Source: Candidatus Cloacimonadales bacterium
Lineage (GTDB): Bacteria > Cloacimonadota > Cloacimonadia > Cloacimonadales > JAIOQZ01
Direction of reading: 5' to 3'
Assembly: GCA_963662655.2 (NCBI GenBank)
Contig: CAXXTU010000002.1
Coordinates: 832,001 to 896,000, forward strand
DNA length: 64,000 nt
Below the pieces are notes generated by a model that ran no database searches, was not told the DNA's origin, and saw nothing but the letters and a program-made list of their open reading frames with translations. Each line of letters starts with the position of its first letter. Position 1 is the first letter of the stretch. The translations under genes and the position numbers were made by a program. Positions 1 to 9,287 of this stretch are shown here, one piece after another.

Positions 1-2
1 GC

Positions 3-149
3 GTGATCAATCCGCTTAGCAGGATGCATGACGAGAACGTGAAGGTGATCGAGGAAGAAATCGCTTACGAAGGCGTTTCCGTGATCATCCCTCGCAGACC
101 CTGTATCCATGTCTACAGCAAGAAAAAACGTTCCGGAGGTGAAGAATGA
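3..149 (+). CDS. iorA: indolepyruvate:ferredoxin oxidoreductase alpha subunit, C-terminal fragment (partial)
   Basis: Manual translation ...EEEIAYEGVSVIIPRRPCIH...GGEE*; its TGA overlaps the ATG of iorB (ATGA). Confidence 0.8.
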   Translation: MINPLSRMHDENVKVIEEEIAYEGVSVIIPRRPCIHVYSKKKRSGGEE

Positions 150-721
150 AAAAGGACATCATCCTCGCAGGAGTCGGTGGACAGGGGATCCTCTCCATCG
201 CGGCAATCATCGGATATGCTGCGGTTGAAAACGGATTGTACCTTAAGCAGGCAGAGGTTCACGGAATGAGTCAGCGCGGCGGCGACGTGCAATCACATCT
301 TCGCATCTCCAGCAAGCCGATCTACTCGGATCTGATTGCTGAAGGCAGTGCGGACATGATTCTCTCGGTTGAGCCACTCGAAGCACTCCGCTACGTTCCT
401 TACCTTTCGGAAGAAGGCTGGCTGATCACCAATTCGAATCCCTTCAAGAACATCCCGAACTACCCGGATGTCGATAAGGTACACGAAGAGGTGGGCAAGC
501 TCGGTAACAACATCATGATCGATTCAGAAGCGATCGCCAAGGAACTGGGCAACGTTCGCGCATCCAACATCGTTATGCTGGGCGCAGCGTCCGCTTTCCT
601 CGATATCCCTATGGAGAAACTGGAAGACGGCATCAAGTTCATCTTCGGTAAGAAGGGCGAAGAGGTCGTGAACCTCAACCTCGAAGCGCTCCGTGCCGGC
701 AGAAAGGCTTCCAACAAGTAA
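146..721 (+). CDS. iorB: indolepyruvate:ferredoxin oxidoreductase beta subunit
   Basis: AGVGGQG, AEVHGMSQRGG and NIVMLGA motifs. Confidence 0.93.
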   Translation: MKKDIILAGVGGQGILSIAAIIGYAAVENGLYLKQAEVHGMSQRGGDVQSHLRISSKPIYSDLIAEGSADMILSVEPLEALRYVPYLSEEGWLITNSNPFKNIPNYPDVDKVHEEVGKLGNNIMIDSEAIAKELGNVRASNIVMLGAASAFLDIPMEKLEDGIKFIFGKKGEEVVNLNLEALRAGRKASNK

Positions 722-743
722 GACCATCGAATCATCGATAAAT

Positions 744-778
744 AAACGGGCGAGTAGAAATACTCGCCTGTTTTGTTA
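744..778 (+). terminator. intrinsic terminator after iorB
   Basis: aaacgggcgagta-gaaa-tactcgcctgttt hairpin followed by T-rich tail. Confidence 0.8.
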
Positions 779-795
779 TAAGCTTAAGCTTGGCA

Positions 796-917
796 TCCGC
801 GGTCACCTTGGCCCGATCGCGCGATGCTCGCTCCCGGCGTATAACACCACAGCCTCCGCAACGCTCCGGCTGTGAATGAATACGCTCGAGAGCGGATCGA
901 ACCAATCTGAGCGCGGA
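796..917 (-). repeat. copy D of ~125-nt structured hairpin repeat family (divergent)
   Basis: tccgcg..ttgg-cc-cgatc..cgtat-aacac-cacagcc..ggctgtg-aatga-atacg..gatcg-aa-ccaa-tc..cgcgga; same architecture as the copies at 2890 and 20352. Confidence 0.7.
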
Positions 918-919
918 GA

Positions 920-1750
920 CTACAATTCTGTAATCGCCTTCCAGAGCGCAGGGAAGTCGGAGCCCAGGGCTGGATTTTCGGCGGTAAGCAACTGAATCAC
1001 CTTTTCCCCACCTTCGTAGAATGTGACGCGATCGATGGGCTGGCTGCGTTTGGAACTCGCCTCGTTCGCGCCGATTTCTCTGGCCAGGGTGTTTTGCAAC
1101 CAGCGTGCAGAGCCTTCTTTGAACTCCTGCCATGTGAGATACTCCCAGTCGTTAGCCGAAACCAGAGTGCGTATCTCGTTGCGCATTTGAGCGACCTTCT
1201 CGCGATTGCCCTGCTCGCATGCCTCGATCATTTGGATGTACAGGTTTCCCACGGCATCGTTCTCGTACGGGAAGGGGTATTGCAGCTCCCACATTCCGTT
1301 CGTGTGGGCGTACTCTTTCGCTATAAAGAGGCGCTCTTTGAGGTCGCTGTCGCAGGTTGCCGCCTGGTAGCAATGGACGAACTCGTGAAAGACGATGGTC
1401 ATGTCCTCTTTGGTGGAGAAGCTTCTGTCGTCGAGCACACAAGCCATCTCGTAGTTGTGGAAAGGCATGGGAAATGCGGCCATGATGCCATCGGGAAGCT
1501 GCATATTGACGTTTCCCGAATCGATTTTGCGCCAGGAATTGTCCGCTTCTGGTTTGTAGAGTGTGAAGCGCTCACAATTGATCAGACACACCGGATAGAG
1601 CTGCTGCCATGCGGGGTGCAACGTCCGGGCTGTCTGCCAGAGTTTGGTTACCTCATCGAGTTGGGATATGTATTTTTGCTCGTCGATTTTCTGATTCGTG
1701 CACGATGCCAGCAACATGATGATTACGGCTAAAGCTATGATATATTTCAC
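920..1750 (-). CDS. hypothetical lipoprotein with HExxH motif (possible zinc metallopeptidase)
   Basis: Lipobox LASC; FHEFVH motif and downstream KEGSARW. Confidence 0.65.
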   Translation of the reverse strand: MKYIIALAVIIMLLASCTNQKIDEQKYISQLDEVTKLWQTARTLHPAWQQLYPVCLINCERFTLYKPEADNSWRKIDSGNVNMQLPDGIMAAFPMPFHNYEMACVLDDRSFSTKEDMTIVFHEFVHCYQAATCDSDLKERLFIAKEYAHTNGMWELQYPFPYENDAVGNLYIQMIEACEQGNREKVAQMRNEIRTLVSANDWEYLTWQEFKEGSARWLQNTLAREIGANEASSKRSQPIDRVTFYEGGEKVIQLLTAENPALGSDFPALWKAITEL

Positions 1751-2232
1751 TTTATATCACCTCTTTTAATGTAATGATTTAACGTAACCATGCATGACTG
1801 GATGAACTCCGGATCGCCCCAAAGAATGAAGCGACCGCGGTTCGTTTCTTGATCGAAATGGTACTGTAAGCGCGCTTCCGCCTTTGCGTTATCCCGACTG
1901 TTGATAATGGCCAGCAGCGCCTGCGAGACTTCGGCTGCCTCGCCGGCATTCACGAAATCGCAATCCGTGATCGCGCATACGCGGAAGCGGCTGTCAATGG
2001 GCGACGGCGCTCCCTGAATGTGTTCCACCGCCTGCCTGCTCCACGATTCCTCTAGCTCGCCGCTTACGTCCGTGCGTCCGAGCATTCGCTGGATGTCCTC
2101 TTGCGAGATGTGCCATTTCCCGCCGATCTTCACGCCCTCGACAACGCCGTTCTTCAGGTAACGTCGTATCGTCCTGGGGTGCACGGAGAGCATGTTCGCT
2201 GTTTCTTCGATGCTAAGGTAGTTTTGCTTCAT
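1747..2232 (-). CDS. excisionase/MerR-like helix-turn-helix (HTH_17) DNA-binding protein
   Basis: YLSIEETANMLSVHPRTIRRYLKNG..GVKIGGKWHI; GGAGG RBS before the ATG at 2232. Confidence 0.85.
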   Translation of the reverse strand: MKQNYLSIEETANMLSVHPRTIRRYLKNGVVEGVKIGGKWHISQEDIQRMLGRTDVSGELEESWSRQAVEHIQGAPSPIDSRFRVCAITDCDFVNAGEAAEVSQALLAIINSRDNAKAEARLQYHFDQETNRGRFILWGDPEFIQSCMVTLNHYIKRGDIK

Positions 2233-2337
2233 CGGAACCTCCGTGGCCAATATGTCATATATTGTCATATAAAGTCAAGTAAAAGATGACGGAATGCAAA
2301 TGCTTTCAATATCGTTCCATATTTGTAACGATATTCC

Positions 2338-2365
2338 TTGACGTGCAATCCGCGCCTGGTAAGAT
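2338..2365 (+). promoter_or_regulatory. putative sigma70 promoter of umuD
   Basis: TTGACG-N16-TAAGAT; a 9-bp inverted repeat lies immediately upstream (2308-2335). Confidence 0.5.
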
Positions 2366-2381
2366 GGAAGCGGAGGTTGAA

Positions 2382-2870
2382 ATGAAATCACTCGACATTC
2401 AAGCATCTTTGGCTGGGAAGACATGCTGCATCCCGCAACCCGACAGCACGATCGTGTCCATGGGGCCGTGCATTGAAGGAGCGCGTTGGGATATCCCGCT
2501 GCTGGGCGCGTCCCTGCCCGCCGGTTTCCCCTCCCCGGCAGACGATTACATCGAGACCTCGCTGGACGTGAACGAGCTTCTGATCGCGCATCCATCCGCG
2601 ACCTTCTTCGTGCGGGTGGACGGCGACTCGATGATCAACGCAGGCATCAACTCGGGGGACATCCTGATCGTGGATCGCTCCCTCAGTCCGGCAAACAACC
2701 GCATCGTCGTGGCGGCCCTGGACGGCTACCTAACGGTGAAACGCCTGCGAATCGAGAATGGGAAATGGGTTCTCCAGCCGGAGAATCCCTCCTATCCGGT
2801 TATCGAGATCACTGAAGACAGCGACTTCTTCATTTGGGGCGTGGTCAGTTGGGTGCTGCACCGGACGTAG
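2382..2870 (+). CDS. umuD: DNA polymerase V subunit UmuD (S24 autopeptidase)
   Basis: AGFPSPADDY cleavage motif, GDSM catalytic Ser, TVKRL Lys; GGAGG RBS before the ATG at 2382. Confidence 0.93.
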   Translation: MKSLDIQASLAGKTCCIPQPDSTIVSMGPCIEGARWDIPLLGASLPAGFPSPADDYIETSLDVNELLIAHPSATFFVRVDGDSMINAGINSGDILIVDRSLSPANNRIVVAALDGYLTVKRLRIENGKWVLQPENPSYPVIEITEDSDFFIWGVVSWVLHRT

Positions 2871-2889
2871 GGATTGTTTCCCTTCGGCA

Positions 2890-3015
2890 GTGCGTGGCAT
2901 CTTCGCCCGATCTCCACTCCAACGTGGATATACCACATCATGGGACTATCGAACGCAATAATATGATGTGGAACACCACGTTTCCGTATGAGATCGAACG
3001 AATCTACTCGCGCAC
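2890..3015 (-). repeat. copy A of ~125-nt structured hairpin repeat family
   Basis: Aligns end to end with 20352-20476, with compensatory stem changes. Confidence 0.85.
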
Positions 3016-3135
3016 GTTTCGGGCGGGGACAATCGACAATGGCGAAGCGGCAGCATCCTCACTCCTCTTCGCGGGTGTTCCATGTTTGCAACAAATCCTT
3101 GACAACCTTGGCAAAGCTGGTTTCATTGATTCGGA

Positions 3136-4419
3136 GTGAGTATGGAACGCCGCATTTTCGCACTGGTGGATTGCAACAGCTTCTATGTCTCCTGCGAGCG
3201 CGTTTTCGCGCCCCAGTTGAGAAACAAGCCCGTGGTGGTGCTTTCGAACAACGACGGTTGCATTGTGGCACGTTCGCAGGAAGTGAAGGATATAGGGCTC
3301 CCTATGGCCTCCCCCGTGTTCAAGCTGCGGCACCTGATCCGCAAGCATAAAATCCACACCTTCTCGTCCAACTACACCCTCTACGCGGATATGTCGCGGC
3401 GCGTGATGGAAACGCTGGAGACCTTCTCTCCGGAGATCGAGGTCTATTCCATCGACGAAGCGTTCCTGACCTTCACCGGCATGGAGCACATCGATCTCGA
3501 CGAGTACGCCTGCACCATTCGCGATACTGTATTCCAGTGGACCGGCATTCCCGTCTCCGTGGGGATCGGCCCCTCCAAAACGCTGGCGAAGCTCGCCAAC
3601 CGCTATGCGAAGAAGAATCGGCAATGCCGCGGCGCGTTCAACATAACGGATCATCCCCACATCGATGATATCCTCGAGAGCGTGGATGTGGGATCCGTCT
3701 GGGGCGTCGGGAGGAAATACTGCAAGAAGCTCAACCAGGTGGGCGTATTCAACGCCCTTCAGTTGCGCGACCTCCCCGACAGGTGGGTTCGGAGCCAGAT
3801 GACCGTCGTGGGCCTGCGCATGGTGCATGAATTGCGCGGCATTCCCTGCTACGAGATGGAACCGGAGATCGACCCCAAGAAGGGGATCGTCACCTCGCGC
3901 TCGTTCGGAGGACCGCTCGAGGACGAGGAGGAAATCTGCGAGGCGGTCGCTGCGTACGCTGCCAGGGCCGCGGTCAAGCTGCGCAAGCAGGACAGCGTGG
4001 TCGGCTGCCTGACGGTGTTTATCATCACCAATCCCTTCCGGACGGATCAGCCCCAGTACGCGAATTCAGCCTCGTGGAGGATCGAACCGCCCACCGCCGA
4101 CACCCCACAGCTCATAGCCATCGCCAAGAAGCTCCTGCGGCACATCTACCGCCCGGGATTCAAATACAAGAAGGCCGGCGTGATGTTCACCGGAATCCGG
4201 TCCAGCGGAGAGTTCCAGCTCGACGCCTTCCAGACGGCCTTCACCGACGACCGTCGACAGGCGCTCATGCAGACCCTCGATCAGGTCAACCGCCGCTACG
4301 GACTCCACACGCTGTCGTTCGCCTCGGAAGGAATCCACAAACCGTGGGAGATGAAGCGGGAGCAGCTCTCGAAGAGATTTACCACCAACTGGAATGAAAT
4401 ACCGATAGTAAAAGCGTAA
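3136..4419 (+). CDS. umuC: Y-family DNA polymerase V catalytic subunit UmuC
   Basis: ALVDCNSFYVSCE, SNNDGC, YSIDEAF and the C-terminal WEMKRE..S.RFTTNW motif. Confidence 0.95.
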   Translation: MSMERRIFALVDCNSFYVSCERVFAPQLRNKPVVVLSNNDGCIVARSQEVKDIGLPMASPVFKLRHLIRKHKIHTFSSNYTLYADMSRRVMETLETFSPEIEVYSIDEAFLTFTGMEHIDLDEYACTIRDTVFQWTGIPVSVGIGPSKTLAKLANRYAKKNRQCRGAFNITDHPHIDDILESVDVGSVWGVGRKYCKKLNQVGVFNALQLRDLPDRWVRSQMTVVGLRMVHELRGIPCYEMEPEIDPKKGIVTSRSFGGPLEDEEEICEAVAAYAARAAVKLRKQDSVVGCLTVFIITNPFRTDQPQYANSASWRIEPPTADTPQLIAIAKKLLRHIYRPGFKYKKAGVMFTGIRSSGEFQLDAFQTAFTDDRRQALMQTLDQVNRRYGLHTLSFASEGIHKPWEMKREQLSKRFTTNWNEIPIVKA

Positions 4420-4425
4420 GGCCGA

Positions 4426-4510
4426 GTTCGCGAGGATATTCGTTCGCCTGAAGACCGAAGATGTGTTATATCCACGTTGGAGGGATTCACCGGACGAAGA
4501 TGCCGCGAAC
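4426..4510 (+). repeat. copy C (inverted, internally deleted) of the hairpin repeat family
   Basis: Reverse complement of 4460-4482 matches 2917-2939 at 22/23 nt; termini resemble those of copies A and B. Confidence 0.8.
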
Positions 4511-4522
4511 GTCCCGAGCTAA

Positions 4523-4552
4523 TAAAAAAAGCCCATCCGCTTGGGATGGGCT
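4523..4552 (-). terminator. intrinsic terminator downstream of tRNA-Asn
   Basis: agcccatcc/ggatgggct stem with an A-run on + (U-run on -). Confidence 0.8.
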
Positions 4553-4587
4553 CAATTTATTCACTGCACTTGGTGCAGATTTTTGTC

Positions 4588-4662
4588 TGGCTCCTGAGGA
4601 GGGATTTGAACCCCCGACCTGGTGGTTAACAGCCACTCGCTCTACCACTGAGCTACTCAGGA
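4588..4662 (-). tRNA. tRNA-Asn(GTT)
   Basis: TCCTGAGTAGCTCAGTGGTAGAGCGAGTGGCT-GTT-AACCAC...GGTTCAAATCC..CAGGAGCCA cloverleaf. Confidence 0.97.
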
Positions 4663-4747
4663 ACGCCGCTAAGGACTTCGCTAAGAAATTAAATCCGTGA
4701 TTCTCTGTCAATCAATTTTTCGTGTTTTTTTTGATCATTCCGGGGCA

Positions 4748-5698
4748 TCATTGCGTATCTTCTAGTGACGATTGAAAATGCTCCGGCGATTTAGTGAACC
4801 GATCGACGAAATCATTGCTCATCTGATACAGCGTGGAGGTGTCGTCGTTAAGCTTGAGAATCAGATTACTGTTCTCCTCGCTCTTGATCTGAGCGACCTG
4901 GAACCGGGTTTTAGCGCCCGTTTTCTGTGTGACGGTCACATCGAGAACCGGATCGTCGAACGCAGACTGCCAATCGTCCCACTCGTTGTCCCGGAAGCGT
5001 CCGGAACGGCCTTTCTCCAGTACGTTGAGGATTTTCAGCAATTGCCGGTTCGTCCGGGTAACTGCGAAATCGTTGTTGGCATCGTGGAATACCCAGGACG
5101 TGTCCGTCGCTGTGATCGAGTAAGCGTTCCTCGAATACTTCACGTCAATCGCCTCTATGGTTTCGGGAACAATCTCCAGAATCTCTTTCTTCCGCCATGT
5201 TGCAAGCCTCGGATCGATCTTGTAGAGGACATTCTCTTCAAACTGGTACACGATGGGGCTGTCGGTCTTGCGGACGTTGCTGTAGCTCGGGTTGTCGCTG
5301 GAGCCGATCACGATGCTGGAAAGCAGGTTTCCGGCATTGTCGTACAATTCGAGCGATTTACCCTTCGCAGCCGACACATTGAAAGCATCGTGGGACGATT
5401 CGTTCTCCGCCAGCGGAATGCTGGAGGCCCGGCCCTTGATCACATAACTGAAGAGGTCGCCTACTTTTCGAGCACCAGCCGGGAATTCCATCGGCTGCGT
5501 GATCATCCATGTTCCCTGGCGGTTCTCGAGAACCAGCGTGTCGCCTTTATCGAACATCTTTACCTTCGCGATCTGCGTTGAATCCACATCGATGATACGG
5601 AAGAACGTCTCGCGCTCCTTCCCCGTCGTTTTCACGATGATGAAGATGGCAACCAGAGCGAGCAGGATTACTAGATAAATAACGTTTTTCTTATCCAT
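4748..5698 (-). CDS. DUF4340-like membrane-anchored protein of the Gld-type ABC operon
   Basis: N-terminal TM, WMITQPMEFPA and WRKKEI motifs; last gene of the gldAFG-like operon. Confidence 0.75.
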   Translation of the reverse strand: MDKKNVIYLVILLALVAIFIIVKTTGKERETFFRIIDVDSTQIAKVKMFDKGDTLVLENRQGTWMITQPMEFPAGARKVGDLFSYVIKGRASSIPLAENESSHDAFNVSAAKGKSLELYDNAGNLLSSIVIGSSDNPSYSNVRKTDSPIVYQFEENVLYKIDPRLATWRKKEILEIVPETIEAIDVKYSRNAYSITATDTSWVFHDANNDFAVTRTNRQLLKILNVLEKGRSGRFRDNEWDDWQSAFDDPVLDVTVTQKTGAKTRFQVAQIKSEENSNLILKLNDDTSTLYQMSNDFVDRFTKSPEHFQSSLEDTQ

Positions 5699-7421
5699 AA
5701 TACTCCCCTAACTTCTTACGTTTCTTCCTCTCGACGCTGTACTGGATCAGGCCCAGCAGCAGTAGCAACACGGAAGGAAGCACATAGTTGATCCACTTGA
5801 CCACGAGCTTCAGATCGTTCTCACGCTGACGCATCAGCTTGGATTCCTCCAGAAGACGGCTCGCGCCCTCCGGGGTTTTGGCGTCCACGCCGCGCGTATC
5901 GGACGATTTGACGAAGCGGCTGATGTCCAACGGGCTGAACTCGACTTCGCGGGAACGAAGACGAATGAGGTCTTCATTCTGCGTCATGCCGTCCAATGCG
6001 TTAATCACGAAAATCTGATTGGGAGACACGCCGCGCTGACCTGAATTCTTGAGGAACTCGGCGTCGGAAACGAGGAGAATCTGGCCCTTGTCGGTGTGGT
6101 TGAGCGAATCCGCGAATGCGGGGGATTCCGCATCCGAGTAGTAGCTATCGAACGGGCCGTGGAAGAGCGCTGCGACGAGCTGCTTGCCAACGTACCCTTT
6201 GTTGCCTTGATTGAATTTCTCGATATCCTGCTCGAACATATAGTACGAGGAGGTCGCGGTCTGCTCGGACGACCACAGCAGCGGATCGAAGGTTTGACCC
6301 GGCTTTACGAGCGATGTGTCGATCGGCGAGGTGAAATACATGATCAGCCGGCTCAGGTTCGAAACGATGGGATTATCCTTGTTCACTTCGTTGATGATCG
6401 GAACATACGGGTAATCTGTCACGGCCCCGAAGGGACTCTTTGCTTGCGCGCTGATGCGATCGAGGATGATCTCGTCCTTCATTCCCACACCCCAGTGCTT
6501 CATCGCGTCCAAAAGGTTGGATTTGATCGGGGAAACAGCCTGGTCGACCTGCAACTGGTCCTGGAAAAGCAGGACGTTGCCGCCGGTCATGAGGTATTGA
6601 TCGATGTTGAACAACTGGTTCATGGCCAGCGAGTCGGTCGTGCCGGTGAAGATCAGCGCGGTGATGTCTTCGTCCAGTGGCATGTTCAGGTCGGTCGAGC
6701 GCACCTCGTAGTTGTCCTGAATCATCTGCTTGACTTCATACATCTCGTCAGCCTTCTGCATGACCTGTTCCTTGAGATTCGTGTCGTACTGCATGCGCTG
6801 CAATATCTGCGGAATCTGGTTTTCGCGTACGAACGGCAACGCCTTGTGGATCATCATCGCCATGTCGATGTTTTCGTAGATCGCTACGACCGGAAGCTTG
6901 TTCGCGGTGAGGCGTTTGATTTTGGATGTAATCTCGTATTCGAGGCCGCGTGTGTTCTGAACCACGGGGATCACTTCGCTCTTGCCGTGGTAAAGCGCTA
7001 CGAGGCCCAGGAACGCGTCGCGAGCGACTCGCTTGTCATTTTCCCAGTAATTGACTTGAACAGGCGAGATACCCTGCTTCTTGGCCTCTTCCGTGAATTC
7101 CACCTCGTTGGTGGGATCGATGAACTCGAAGTAGAGTCGTCCACCCGAGGCCGAACGGTATTCGGAGAGCAAATCCTTCGTATATTGGCGCACATCGGAA
7201 AGCTCCGGTGGGAGATCCTTGGTGAAGTACGCCTTGACCACCAGGCGGTCTTCCAGCGAATTCATCAGGTCGTCGCTGACTTTCGAGAGCGTGTAAACCT
7301 GGCCGCGCGTGAGGTCGATCCTCGTATAGATGTTCAGCGACAACAGGTTGATGAAAACGATGATGCCGACGAACAGCAGAAGGTTGATCCATAACGATTT
7401 GGTGTTTCTAATCTTTACCAT
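5691..7421 (-). CDS. GldG-family ABC transporter auxiliary component
   Basis: RIDLTRGQVYTLS, FEFIDP and LEYEITSKI motifs; N- and C-terminal TMs. Confidence 0.88.
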   Translation of the reverse strand: MVKIRNTKSLWINLLLFVGIIVFINLLSLNIYTRIDLTRGQVYTLSKVSDDLMNSLEDRLVVKAYFTKDLPPELSDVRQYTKDLLSEYRSASGGRLYFEFIDPTNEVEFTEEAKKQGISPVQVNYWENDKRVARDAFLGLVALYHGKSEVIPVVQNTRGLEYEITSKIKRLTANKLPVVAIYENIDMAMMIHKALPFVRENQIPQILQRMQYDTNLKEQVMQKADEMYEVKQMIQDNYEVRSTDLNMPLDEDITALIFTGTTDSLAMNQLFNIDQYLMTGGNVLLFQDQLQVDQAVSPIKSNLLDAMKHWGVGMKDEIILDRISAQAKSPFGAVTDYPYVPIINEVNKDNPIVSNLSRLIMYFTSPIDTSLVKPGQTFDPLLWSSEQTATSSYYMFEQDIEKFNQGNKGYVGKQLVAALFHGPFDSYYSDAESPAFADSLNHTDKGQILLVSDAEFLKNSGQRGVSPNQIFVINALDGMTQNEDLIRLRSREVEFSPLDISRFVKSSDTRGVDAKTPEGASRLLEESKLMRQRENDLKLVVKWINYVLPSVLLLLLGLIQYSVERKKRKKLGEYYG

Positions 7422-7430
7422 GTCCCGCTC

Positions 7431-8144
7431 CTATTTCCATTTTCTCGTTTCCATCACCACGACGGCAAGTCGCAGGAACAGAACGGTTAGCGTGATAAAG
7501 AATATGAGGTCTCTTGTATCGAGAACGCCTCGTGCCATCTTGTTATAATGATACAGCACGCTCACGTACTGAAAGAATCCCGCCAGATAGCTGGGCATGT
7601 AGCTCAGCATGTATTGCAGCAGGAAGAAGAAGAACGCGATCGCGAAGCTGATGATGAACGCGATGATCTGGTTGTCCGTGAGGCTGGAAGCGAAAATGCC
7701 GATCGCGCAGTAGACCGCTCCGAGGAGGAGAAGTCCGACATACCCGCAGATGATCGGACCGAAATCGATGTTCTTGCCCAGAACCATGATGGTAATCAGA
7801 TGCACGAATGTGAAGATCAGCCCCAGGCCGATGATCCTGAGCGCCGCGACGAATTTACCGATCACGATGTCGCTGTCGTTCAACGGTAGGGTTGTCAGGA
7901 TTTCCAGCGTTCCGTTGCTCTTCTCGCGTGCGATGGTTCCCATGGCAATCGCGGGGATGATGAACATGAAGATCGTCGGAACAATGTTGAAAAGCAGCAT
8001 CAGGGATGCCTGATTGTATTTGAACAGCTCGTTCGAGAACGTCACACCCGCGAACAGAAGGAAAACGATCAGTACGATGTACGCCGCGGGGGACTTTATA
8101 TATCCGTTGAATTCCTTTCGGTTGATGATTGAAGCGTAACTCAT
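7431..8144 (-). CDS. GldF-like ABC-2 permease
   Basis: EKSNGTLEILTTLP, IGIFASSLTDNQI and RGVLDTRD motifs. Confidence 0.9.
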   Translation of the reverse strand: MSYASIINRKEFNGYIKSPAAYIVLIVFLLFAGVTFSNELFKYNQASLMLLFNIVPTIFMFIIPAIAMGTIAREKSNGTLEILTTLPLNDSDIVIGKFVAALRIIGLGLIFTFVHLITIMVLGKNIDFGPIICGYVGLLLLGAVYCAIGIFASSLTDNQIIAFIISFAIAFFFFLLQYMLSYMPSYLAGFFQYVSVLYHYNKMARGVLDTRDLIFFITLTVLFLRLAVVVMETRKWK

Positions 8145-9121
8145 CCCTCAACCTCCTCTTTCTTCGTTTGACGCGCCTGCGCCACGCCTTCTTCCTCGAC
8201 GGTCAGGTTGCGGAACACGTCCTCCAGACTCGCGAGCTCACGATACATTTCCAGAAGCGCCCAGTTGCGCGTCTTGATGAAGTTGTAGATCGATTCGCGC
8301 CTGTCTTCGCCGCTGGGGTACTCGAGGGTAACGTGATGGATACCGTCGTCATCGGTCGTGTACTTGAATGTCTGGATGCCCGGAATCGCCTCGGTGATCT
8401 CCGATATCTCGTTTTCGTCTGCCTTCAGCGTCAGCATGAGCTTGGTTTGTCCCTGGAAGCTCGCCTTGAGTTCCTCCGTGCTGCCGTCGGCAACGATCCT
8501 GCCTTTGTTGATGATCACAATGCGATCGCAAACCGCCTGCACTTCCTGCAGGATGTGGCTGGAGATGATGAGGGTCTTGTTCTTGCCGAGTTCCTTGATC
8601 AAGGAGCGGATTTCAAGAATCTGATTCGGGTCCAGACCGGTGGTCGGTTCGTCGAGGATCAGAATCTTGGGATCGTGGATGATCGCCTGAGCCAGGCCGA
8701 CGCGCTGGCGGTAACCCTTCGACAGTGTGCGAATCTGGCGATTGACCACACCGTCCAGGCCGCATTTGGCAACGACGCGACGCAGCGTCTTCTCGAAGTC
8801 TTCCGGCTTGATGTTGCGCGCTTCGGCGATGAATTTCAGATAGTCGTAAACGATCATGTCTGTGTAAAGGGGGTTGCTTTCGGGAAGATATCCGCAAAGC
8901 TGTCGAATCTCACGGGAGTTGTCCAGAATGTTGAGGTTGCCCACCTGGATGTTCCCCTGCGTGGGGGAAAGATATCCGGTCAGGATTCTCAGCGTGGTGG
9001 ATTTGCCTGCGCCGTTTGGCCCAAGGAATCCAAGAATTTCGTTATCCCGGACCTCGAAATTGATGTGATCGACAGCCCGAACATCCCCGTAATTCTTTAC
9101 CAGATTTTGGATTTGAATCAT
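8141..9121 (-). CDS. GldA-like ABC transporter ATP-binding protein
   Basis: Walker A GPNGAGKST, signature LSKGYRQR, Walker B ILDEPT. Confidence 0.93.
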   Translation of the reverse strand: MIQIQNLVKNYGDVRAVDHINFEVRDNEILGFLGPNGAGKSTTLRILTGYLSPTQGNIQVGNLNILDNSREIRQLCGYLPESNPLYTDMIVYDYLKFIAEARNIKPEDFEKTLRRVVAKCGLDGVVNRQIRTLSKGYRQRVGLAQAIIHDPKILILDEPTTGLDPNQILEIRSLIKELGKNKTLIISSHILQEVQAVCDRIVIINKGRIVADGSTEELKASFQGQTKLMLTLKADENEISEITEAIPGIQTFKYTTDDDGIHHVTLEYPSGEDRRESIYNFIKTRNWALLEMYRELASLEDVFRNLTVEEEGVAQARQTKKEEVEG

Positions 9122-9287
9122 CGGGTCTCTCCTTTCTATCGGGCGTATTTTTTTGATTGTAAAAGCCCTTTTTCTTTATATACCGATTCAACGGCAATGG
9201 AAGCCGAGTGTTTCACTTTTTTCGGGCAAAAAGGAACATTTTGCGGGAAGAGAACCGTGATTGGCGAAACGGCTGTTTCGGAGACGC

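Noticed and set aside
2890..3015. Hairpin family as integron attC sites
   Set aside because: Ends run GTT...AAC rather than RYYYAAC...GTTRRRY, orientations are mixed, and no integron integrase is in the window
2834..3139. 101-aa ORF between umuD and umuC
   Set aside because: Largely overlaps hairpin copy A and has no recognisable motif; probably spurious
796..4587. Integrated prophage or ICE at tRNA-Asn
   Set aside because: No integrase and no duplicated tRNA 3' end (att) seen
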